This document shows, one piece after another, positions 9,611-17,824 of a DNA stretch of 64,000 bases. How positions within the stretch are numbered: position 1 is the stretch's first letter; each line of letters begins with the position of its first letter. Both the position numbers and the translations under genes were made by a program. The stretch comes from Alphaproteobacteria bacterium (GTDB lineage Bacteria > Pseudomonadota > Alphaproteobacteria > UBA828): assembly GCA_965214705.1 (NCBI GenBank), contig CBDCCI010000002.1, forward strand, positions 1,408,001 through 1,472,000. Direction: 5' to 3'. Below the pieces are notes generated by a model, which had not been told where the DNA came from, did not search any database, and saw nothing but the letters and a program-made list of their open reading frames with translations.

Positions 9611-9931
9611 CGTCGCCGACGGCTTCGTCTACCTCCGCCGCCTTGTCGATGACGCCGGCGGCGTCGGCAGGATCGCCGCCCTCGCCGTCCTCGGTCATGT
9701 CGATCAGCTTGTCCAGCTTGCAGAGCTTGAGCGCGGCGTTCACGACGAGGGGGAGTCGCTCGAACTTCTCCGGCTCTTCGCGCGATTTGCCGAGCAGCCG
9801 ATCCCAGGCGTCCTCGTCCATGTCGTCGTGCCCTACGACGGTGATGACGAGGGCATTGCAGATGATCCGCTCGAGATCGACGGCCAGCCGCGCGCCGAGA
9901 TCGGATTCGTCCTCGCCCTTCTGCTTCTTGA
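9600..9931 (-). pseudogene. Putative tail assembly chaperone G, 5'-truncated by an IS1634 end
   Basis: Acidic helical ORF ending EAVGDGPT*; cut at 9932. Confidence 0.5.
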
Positions 9932-9943
9932 CCCAAGTTGGCA

Positions 9944-10836
9944 GTGCGCCGTGGAAAGGCGCTCTCTTTCAGCGGGTGCGAATCCCGCCCAACAACTGTC
10001 GCTCCGGTTGGTAGCAGCCAGGGCGGTTCATGGAGGTGACGACATGGGCTGAAGCACCTTGGTGGAAAAGGGCCACCGTTGGGTGGCTCAGCGACCGTGC
10101 GGGCCGGAACGTGAGTGAACGCTGAGCAGGCCTCGAAACGGGTAATGCGAGTGTCGACCCTCCTGCCAAAAGGGGAAGACCGTCGCCGATCGGGAAGAGA
10201 GCGACATGCGCACCGATCGCGGCTCGCCGGGGTAGTGGCGCCGGCACGCACGGAAGAGGAAGAGAGCAGCAACACGGGAAGCCCTGACGGTGGTGCGCGC
10301 ACATCAACCGGAAGCCCGCGAGGGACAGGCCGGGCCGTCAGGGTGGCGGAGAGGCCCGTAAGACTGAGGACGCCGGGTAATGCCGGCCGAGGAAAGGGGC
10401 CTCAGGTGTGGAGGGGTGCCTTGAAGGGAGAAGGGCCAGGGAGTGGCTAAGCCTGTAACCCCGAGAATGGCCGGAGATCCCGGCGGCATCACATGCAAAT
10501 GGAAGCGAAGGGGCCGCCCGGAGCAAATCTGCGCGGTACCGCCGGGGCATCGACAGGCCCGGCGGTCAAGGCGGACGACGAATGGACCGCGATGGTTGAG
10601 GGGATGCGCACCCTTGCGACCGGATCGGAGGTTCCGATCACGTGCGCCATCGTCGCGAGCTTTGCCTGTGTGCGAGATGCATGATCCCACTGGAGAGCTC
10701 GGTGCTCGAAATGGGCACGCCGGGTTCGGAGAGCGGGGACCGGAAACGCGGCCAAGGGAGCCGGATTGAGGCCCGCAGCGAAAGCGGCGGAATTGCCACC
10801 GGACCCTACAGCAGGCGCGCCAGTCCTCGACTCTAC
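9944..10836 (+). ncRNA. ORF-less group II intron (893 nt)
   Basis: 5' GTGCG; domain V GAGCTCGGTGCTCGAAATGGGCACGCCGGGTTC (~10695-10730); 3' end CTCGACTCTAC; EBS1 TGCCAA (10164-10169) pairs with exon TTGGCA (9938-9943); no RT ORF. Confidence 0.9.
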
Positions 10837-10928
10837 CTTTTCCGCTGTCTGTGTTCCCTATTGGTTTGATTCAACGCGATATTTTTCTCGGTCGATTCCA
10901 ACATGGCCCCACATTTTGTGAGATTCTG

Positions 10929-12740
10929 TCAGCTCATCAGACGGGTCCTCGTGCGGTGGATGGCGGGGTCCACGCCCGCCGCCGAGGAGATTGCGGCAAC
11001 CTCGGCGGCCGGGCGCGTGTCCTGGCGGTTGACGATCAAGGTGCCGTCGGTCTGGCGCAGGCGCGTGGTGATCCGCACCCAGGTCCGCATGCTCTCGCGG
11101 ATCGATGCCCAGCACTTGTGGATGTCCCGCGCGGCCAGCCGGGTACGGATCAGATGCACGGCGTGGTAGGCCAGCACGGCGATCAGCAGGTGGGCCGCGA
11201 TGCGCCGGTCGAGCTGGTGCCAGATCGGGCGAAGGCCGAGTTCGGATTTCAGGCTTCGGAATGTCGCCTCGATATCCGTGATCCGCCAGTACGTCCGCAG
11301 GACCGTCTCGATATCCCAGTCGACGTGGCTGGTGCGCAGCACATAGGCGCCCGCGCCCTCATCGGCCTCGTCGTATCGCGGCCTGCGCTTGAAGCGCACG
11401 GCGGTGGCATTGGGGCCGGTGTCCGCCTTCTCGACCGTGATCTCGTAGTGCCTGGCGACGGCGGAGAAGCGCTGCTTGAGGCGGCCTATGCTCTCCAGCA
11501 CCTTGTCGTAGCGCTTGAGGCGGCCCTTGACCGCAAGGCCGCCGTGGAGCCTTTGCAGCGCCGCCTCGAAGCGGTTCCGCCTCAGGCCGATGATCGCGTT
11601 CTCGGCCTTCTTCTTGCCCTCGCTGACGACGTAGAGCCGCGCCTCGCCGTCCTCGCTGGCAAGCCGCCAGGCCCGCACCTCGTGGCGCGCGCTGGTGATC
11701 AGCAGCGCCTCGGGCCCGCCCTCCGGCAGCGGCGGCCTGGCGCCGCGGCTGACCGCGATCCAGTCGTAGCCCTGCTCGCCCAGCCAGACGATGTTCTCCT
11801 CGGTGGCGATGCCCGCGTCCATGACCACCGTGGGCTTCGGCGCCGTGCCGCCGCACACCGCCTTGAGCCGGGCCAGCGCCTCGTGCAGCGTGCCCGGCTC
11901 GCTCACGTTGCCGGGCAGGATCTCGCAACTGCGCGGGAAGCCCGCGCCGTCGAGCGCCAGCGCCAGCGTGATGAGGGGACAGTCGTCGCGCTTCTGCTTG
12001 GAGCGCCCGAACCTGGGAAGCTCGCCGTCGGTGTGGCCGTGGTAGTGGACGTTGGTGAGATCGTAGAAGGCGATCGTCTCGGGCAGGTCGAGCAGCGCGC
12101 GCTCACGGTTGAACAGTTCCCTCTGGATGGCGGCCCGGTGGCGCCAGAGCAGGTCGCCGATGCGATAGAGCGTCTTGCGCCGCAGCGCCTTGCGGTCGCC
12201 CTCCAGGCCCAGGAGCTCGGCGGCCGCGCTGTCGTGGCGGAGCCAGCGGCTGGTATCACGCTCGCTGGCGGGATGGACCATCCTGGCGACGATCAGCGCG
12301 CTGGCGATGCGTCCGTCGCGGCCCTTGATGTCGAGGCCGTGGAGGATTTCGGCGAAGCCAAGGTCGTCGAGGGCCTTGAGGCACAGGCGCTCGCAGCCGA
12401 CGGTGCGCGGGTTCTCATGCTCCAGGGTATCGAGGTCGACGGTGGCGATCTCGGGCTTGCGCGCCTCTTCCTGCATCGCCTCGGCACGGAACCCCCTGGC
12501 CCTGAGCTTGGCGACGATGTCCTCGGCTGCGGCCTGCACGTCCGGGACGGCTTGGAGCAGCGGCGGGCGGCCGTGCAGCAGCGCCTCGGCGAGTTCGGCC
12601 ACTTCGCGCCATTTCTCCTTCGGCACCGGATAGTCGGTACCGAGATTGAGCAGCGTCCTGTGGCGCACCTTGTCGCCGACGCGCTGGGCGAGCACGAGGC
12701 GATGGCTTCGGACCGGCTGGCCGTCCTTGTCGGTGTGCAC
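10929..12740 (-). pseudogene. IS1634 transposase lacking its first few codons
   Basis: FYDLTN, FGRSKQKRDD, VMDAGI, IEATFRSLKSELGLRP; in-frame stop just upstream; the MFIR start seen in the paralogue is missing. Confidence 0.85.
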
Positions 12741-13085
12741 CTACTTTAGCGAATATTTGGCGAGCGCACCGTGACGCAGGGTTGCAATTTTCTCCTGTAT
12801 GTTGGTTATGATACAGTGGGTTATGGTTGGCGTCAAGAACGGTTGGGCCGGGCCTGGAGAACACATGGGCTGATCTTGTGTCACTGAGTAGTTGCATTCG
12901 GGGAAACAGGTAGTGGAGTTTTTCGTGGAGCGCTGGTATGGTCGTGGCATCCATTGTGGCTCGCTATGTAGGGACACAATAGAGACATAGGATTATGTCT
13001 GCGACGAATACCATAGGAATATCGTCACACATTCTACGTCATTATGCAGCTGCGTGTCGCTGTCTCCACAGGCCTTGCCGGACGG

Positions 13086-13720
13086 ATGGCCGCGATTAGG
13101 GAGGAGGCCGGCGGACGCCGCCAGCGCGCGGTGATGGCCACCGATACGGAGTGGGAAGGGATCGGCCGGGCGGCTGCGGCGAGCGGCATGGACCTGTCGC
13201 GCTTCGTGATCCATCGCGCGCTGGACCGGGACCTCTGCCGCCGGAGGTTCTGCGCCGGGCGGTCCGCGAGATGCTGGTGATGTCGAGGCTGGAGGAGAGG
13301 CGGCTGCGCGGGGCCGGCGAGGCCTGGGAGGACGCCTGCGACGCGGTGGACGAATGGATCGAGCGGGAGGGCACGCTGGACCGGCTCACCGATCCCGGCG
13401 CGGCGAACCGCTGGAAGGCGGCGGGGCCGGCCGAGGAGGACGGGTCGTGACGGAGGAGGCGGTGCGGGCCCGTCAGGCGTGGGCCCGTCAGGCGTCAGCG
13501 GAGCCTGCACTGCAAGCCGGCGAAGCAGCAGGCGATGATCCGGGAGCGCGCGGCGGCGGCGGAGAAGACCGTGTCGCGCTATGTTCTGGAGCTTGCGCTC
13601 GCCGACGATCCGGACCGCAATCCTCTGGTGCTGACGGAAGCGGAACAGGTTGAGCAGCGGGACGGGGTGCGATCGCCACGTACAGCGTGTCATGCTCCGC
13701 CCTGATCGGCGCGGCCGTCT
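13086..13720 (+). pseudogene. Two degenerate ribbon-helix-helix/MobC-like genes
   Basis: TDTEWEGIGRAAAASGMDLSRFV and MIRERAAAAEKTVSRYVLELAL motifs; frameshifts; 15-bp tandem duplication at 13466-13495. Confidence 0.5.
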
Positions 13721-14049
13721 CATTTGTGCGGATTCCGGTTCATTTGACCGCCGGTTCTGATTCTATCTGACCGGGGTTCTGATTTTATTTGACCGGGGTT
13801 CTGGCAACACTTGACCGTGCTGCGGGCGCGCGCCAGCGCGCTGTCTCTCCCGGATTTGGCGGTGTGACCCTCCCCTTGGTGATGTCGGGGGGCTGGCCTC
13901 TGGCCAGCCCGAGCCGAGCGTATGCGAGGCCTCTTGGGCATGCAAACGGCCGGCGGGGCGCGGCGGCAAGCTCTCACACACAGCATGCCGCCGCGCACCT
14001 CCGCCCTCGCAGCCTGGAAGGCGCCGCAGGCGCCCATGGACCCCGGCCT

Positions 14050-14826
14050 TCAGGCCGGGGCTCTGTTGCCGTTGCCGCCGCCGTCGAGTGGCGGGGGCTT
14101 GTTGCGCTTGCGCTGGGACTCTCCCTTGAGCTCGATGCGATAGGCGTTGTGGACGATGCGGTCGAGGACCGCATCCGCGATCGTTAGCTCTCCGATCACC
14201 TCGGGCCAGCCGTCTACGGGGATCTGGCTGGCGATCAGGATGGACTTGCGTCCGTGGCGCGCCTCCACGATCTCCAGCAGGTCGCGCCGGCCCTCGGCGG
14301 AGAAGCCCTGCAGCCCCCAGTCGTCGAGGACCAGCAGGGAGACCCTGCCCAGGCGGCCCATCAGGCGCTCGAGCGTGCCTTTGTCGCGGGCGCGGGTCAG
14401 GGCAGCGACCAGTTCGGGCACGCGGCGATAGAGGACGGACTGGTGCTGGCGGCAGGCCTGGTGGGCGAGCGCGCAAGCGACGAACGTCTTTCCCGACCCG
14501 GTTGGCCCACCCAGGATCAGATTGTGGCCTTGGCGGATCCAGTCGCCGGCGGCGAGCTGGGTGAGCGTGGTCCGGGCGATGCCGCGCCCCGCGCGGCAGT
14601 CGACGTCCTGGACGTCGGCGCGGATGCGCAGCTGGGCCTGGCGCAGATGGCCGAGATAGCTTTTGTGATCGCGGTGCTCGGCCTCGCGCTCGATCATCAG
14701 GGCGAGGCGGTCGTCGAAGCCGAGCTGGTCGACGTCGGCGATGTCGCGCTGCTCCTCCAGGGCCTCGGCCATGCCGCTGAGGCCGAGCTGCAGCAGGCGG
14801 TCGATATTGGGTTGTCGCAGGGTCAT
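14050..14826 (-). CDS. istB: IS21 helper ATPase IstB
   Basis: GPTGSGKT, LLVLDDWG, ADAVLDRIVHNA. Confidence 0.96.
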   Translation of the reverse strand: MTLRQPNIDRLLQLGLSGMAEALEEQRDIADVDQLGFDDRLALMIEREAEHRDHKSYLGHLRQAQLRIRADVQDVDCRAGRGIARTTLTQLAAGDWIRQGHNLILGGPTGSGKTFVACALAHQACRQHQSVLYRRVPELVAALTRARDKGTLERLMGRLGRVSLLVLDDWGLQGFSAEGRRDLLEIVEARHGRKSILIASQIPVDGWPEVIGELTIADAVLDRIVHNAYRIELKGESQRKRNKPPPLDGGGNGNRAPA

Positions 14827-16421
14827 GGTGTCGCTCCTCCGTTGTTGCCGTAGTACTCGCCACCGCGGATGTTGCCGTGGCTGGGGATGGTCTCGTCGGG
14901 CTCGGGGCGCGGCCGATCGGGCTCGCCGCCGCCGTTCTTGAGGCGCTCCCTGAGGAAGCCTGAGGCGAGGCGGTTGAGGTCGAGGGCCTCGGCGCAGAGC
15001 ACGTCGAGGCGCTCGGCACCGTGATCGTCAGCGAGCTGGATCATGCCCTTCACGGTGGCGAAGGCTTGTTCCGGGAAGTCGCGCGAGGCGTAGCATCGCT
15101 CGGCCCAGGCCAGGGCATTGGCTCCGATGCGGCGCGCCTGATCGAGCAGGATGTCGCCGTAGTCGGGGCGGCGGATATCGCAGACCGCCCGGTGGTTCTC
15201 CGGCATGTGCTCGGGGGTGGTGGCGTACTGGTTGCGCCCGGCCTTGCGGCGATGGACAGCGATGCGCTCGCCGCCGCGTTCGAGGAACACCTCGACCATG
15301 CGTTCACCGGCGCGGACGTCGACCTGGCGGCCGATGTAGCGCTCCGGCACGGAGTAGTGATTGTGCTCGAGGCGGACGTGGCAGTTCGGCCCGACCTTGC
15401 GCTCGACCCACTCTCCCCACTCCCAGGGGTGAGCCGGCAGGGCGGTCAGGGCCGCCCGCTCGTTCGCCTCGAAGAGCGCGCGGCGGCTCTCGCCGCACTT
15501 GGCCATGGGGGCATCGTTGAGGCGGTCGAGCTCGCGGCGGATCGCGGCGTTCATGGTGTCGAGGGAGAAGAAGGTGTGGTGGCGCAGCGTCAGCAGGATG
15601 CGTGTCTGCACGGCCTTGACGCAGCTCTCGACCAGCCCCTTGTCGGTGGCCCGGTACTGGCGCGCGGGCAGCACCGCGATCTTGTAGTCGCGCGCGAACT
15701 CCCGGTAGGAGGGGTTGAGCCGGATATCGTCGCGGTCGGGATCGTCCACGCCCGACTTGAGGTTGTCGATGATCCACCGGCGGGGGGTGCCGCCGAAGTA
15801 CTCGAGCGCGCGCCGGTGCGCCATGGTCCAGTGGCGCACCGTCTGGTCGGGGACCGCCTCGGCGTAGATCAGGTTCGAATGGGCCAGGACCGCGACGAAG
15901 ATCTCCACGTCGGTCTCGCCGCGCCCGGTGCGAAGGGCCAGCGTCTTGCCGGAGAAGTCCGCCATCCCGTACAGCCCGGGCTCGTAGTCGAAGTGCATCT
16001 GCGCCGAGCCGCCGCAGCTGCCCTGGTGCGCCTTCAGGCGCGCGCAAAACTGGCTATAGCTGTACGCCTTCCCGCCCTGGGCCTGGGCCTCGTCGCGGTA
16101 CTCCTCCCAAAGCGTGCGACGCGTCGCACGCACCCGGCGCCGCTTGCGCTTGGCTCGAAGCTCACGGAGCACATCATCCCAGTCCGGCTGCGCATACCCG
16201 CTCTCGCGCGGCGCCGGCGGATACAGCCGCGCGCGCAGCCCGTCATCGTCGAGATCGGACGGCAACGGCCATGACAGGCCCGCCGCCTGCGCGCGCTCCA
16301 GAACGTTCGATACCGTCCCCGCGCTCACGCTCACGGCCACCGCGATCTCCGCCCGGGGCAAGCCCAGGTCGTGATGGTGCCGAAGGATGTCCCTGATGCT
16401 CATGGTGTCGATCCTCTTCAT
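14823..16421 (-). CDS. istA: IS21 transposase IstA
   Basis: ATG 16421; YSYSQFC, DFSG, DNLKSGV, DKGLVE, NHYSVP. Confidence 0.95.
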   Translation of the reverse strand: MKRIDTMSIRDILRHHHDLGLPRAEIAVAVSVSAGTVSNVLERAQAAGLSWPLPSDLDDDGLRARLYPPAPRESGYAQPDWDDVLRELRAKRKRRRVRATRRTLWEEYRDEAQAQGGKAYSYSQFCARLKAHQGSCGGSAQMHFDYEPGLYGMADFSGKTLALRTGRGETDVEIFVAVLAHSNLIYAEAVPDQTVRHWTMAHRRALEYFGGTPRRWIIDNLKSGVDDPDRDDIRLNPSYREFARDYKIAVLPARQYRATDKGLVESCVKAVQTRILLTLRHHTFFSLDTMNAAIRRELDRLNDAPMAKCGESRRALFEANERAALTALPAHPWEWGEWVERKVGPNCHVRLEHNHYSVPERYIGRQVDVRAGERMVEVFLERGGERIAVHRRKAGRNQYATTPEHMPENHRAVCDIRRPDYGDILLDQARRIGANALAWAERCYASRDFPEQAFATVKGMIQLADDHGAERLDVLCAEALDLNRLASGFLRERLKNGGGEPDRPRPEPDETIPSHGNIRGGEYYGNNGGATP

Positions 16422-16666
16422 TGGGGCCCTGCCTCCTCGAGTCGATCGATGGATCGATGAGGCTGAGCCGGGAGAGGATCGGCGCGTCTGGAAACATGGG
16501 TGTCGGTGGCGCCCGCAGGGCGATCGGGCCGGGCCTCTGACCCGGCCTCCGGCGGTCAAATCACGCCGGAATCACGGTCAGATGTCGCCAGAACTTCGGT
16601 CAAATAAAATCAGAATGGCGGTCAGATAAATTCAGAACTGCGGTCAAATGAGGCCAGATTTGGCCA

Positions 16667-16948
16667 AGCCAAGCTGATATCGACTTCGCCCGAAAGGAGG
16701 GCCTCGACGATGGACACATTCGACGAACCGCTGACCGCTTCCGTGACTACTGGATTGCCCAGCCCGACGCCAAGGGACGAAAGCGTGATTGGGCCGCGAC
16801 CTGGCGAAACTGGGTCCGCAAGGATGCCGAACAAATGCACGGACCCGGAACCGCTCGAGTCGGGAACCGCGCGATGGGACAGCTTCATGGAGGCGGCGCG
16901 GGCGAGGGACGCCAAGCGCGAGGCCGAAATTCGCAAGCTGAAAGATAG
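16667..16948 (+). pseudogene. C-terminal domain of a phage replication initiator, truncated by IS21
   Basis: Frame absent from the ORF track reads QADIDFARKEG...RFRDYWIAQPDAKGRKRDWAATWRNWVRK. Confidence 0.65.
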
Positions 16949-17561
16949 CGCGCCGTGGCACGGGGTGCCGATCGAGCGCTTCACGAAGGGAAGATGGATC
17001 AGGCCGAGCGATCTGGACGCGCCTCGCAAAATCGAGGACACGAGATCGAACTACTTGCGGCGGGAGTATTACGAGAGCATTCCGCCGTCGCTGAGTGATG
17101 CACAGGCTGCGGAGGTTCATCGTCTCTTGGCCATCGCCCGAGAGCGGGCAATTCCCGCACCTCGCGAACAGATTGCCGCGATGATCTTGAAGCTCGCCGC
17201 TGTGGTGAGGATCCCTGAAATGGCGGGGATCGAGACCATGACCGGGATCATGATCGAAGAGCTCTCCGACGTGTCTCCCGAAGCGCTGGAGCACACCTTT
17301 CGCCACTGGATCAGGACACAGAAGTTCTTTCCGACGATAGCTGAGTTGATCGAGATCACCGAGCCGCAGATGGCAACACTCCGCTATGAGCAATACAAGC
17401 TGGAGAGGCTCGCAAGCGTTGCGGCAAACCCTGCGCCCGATCTGTGGGTTACGGGCGATTGGCTCGACGCGCGGAAATCGGACGCTCGCGCCGCCGTCTA
17501 TCCACCTCCGGTCAAGGACAAGCTGAACAGCCGCCGGTTGGTCGAGCAGAAAGAATATTGA
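16710..17561 (+). CDS. Phage helicase loader/inhibitor-like protein (real start possibly 16887)
   Basis: EELSDVSPEALEHTFRHWIRTQKFFPTIAEL motif; follows the initiator remnant. Confidence 0.55.
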   Translation: MDTFDEPLTASVTTGLPSPTPRDESVIGPRPGETGSARMPNKCTDPEPLESGTARWDSFMEAARARDAKREAEIRKLKDSAPWHGVPIERFTKGRWIRPSDLDAPRKIEDTRSNYLRREYYESIPPSLSDAQAAEVHRLLAIARERAIPAPREQIAAMILKLAAVVRIPEMAGIETMTGIMIEELSDVSPEALEHTFRHWIRTQKFFPTIAELIEITEPQMATLRYEQYKLERLASVAANPAPDLWVTGDWLDARKSDARAAVYPPPVKDKLNSRRLVEQKEY

Positions 17562-17824
17562 TGGCAGGCCCGATGAATTCTCGCACTTCCCGTTCTCTCG
17601 TATCCTTGGGGCCGTCACGATGGCCGCCCTGAGACCCCCTGCACCGCATCCGCCACGCGGGACTCAATGTGCACACCGTTAAGGAAGGTCTGATCAAGTC
17701 GGGTGTGCCATGATTTTCGTAGGAGTCGCGGATTGGATGATCGGGCCATGGCACAGGCAAGCTTTGCGGAACTGGAGCACGAGATGAAGAAGCGCCGGAC
17801 GCGGCGCGAGCTGTTCCTTGAGAA

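Larger units (their letters stand above)
9932..12740 (-). mobile_element. Second IS1634-family element: one end interrupted by the intron, the other end lost
   Basis: Removing the intron gives CCCAAGTTGGCA|CTTTTCCG, similar to the IS1634 end CCCATCTTTGCCACTTTTCGG at 17825. Confidence 0.8.
13725..16666 (-). mobile_element. IS21-family element
   Basis: TG...CA ends with arrays of ~22-bp TGACCG-core repeats at both termini; istA-istB; no target duplication visible. Confidence 0.9.

Noticed and set aside
9301-10302. 333-aa ORF as a single gene or the intron-encoded protein
   Set aside because: It spans the intron antisense strand and the IS end; no RT motifs; only the last ~100 codons look real
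3562-10836. Group II intron near cas1 as an RT-Cas1 RNA-acquisition system
   Set aside because: No RT gene in the window; Cas1 is unfused; the intron sits in an IS end
13740-13820. Regular ~22-bp repeats (also 16550-16650) as a mini-CRISPR or iterons
   Set aside because: These are the expected multiple IstA-binding repeats at IS21 ends
13725-16666. Transposase plus ATPase near Cascade as a CRISPR-associated transposon
   Set aside because: Ordinary IS21 with its own ends; no TniQ/TnsD, and the cas operon has cas1-cas2
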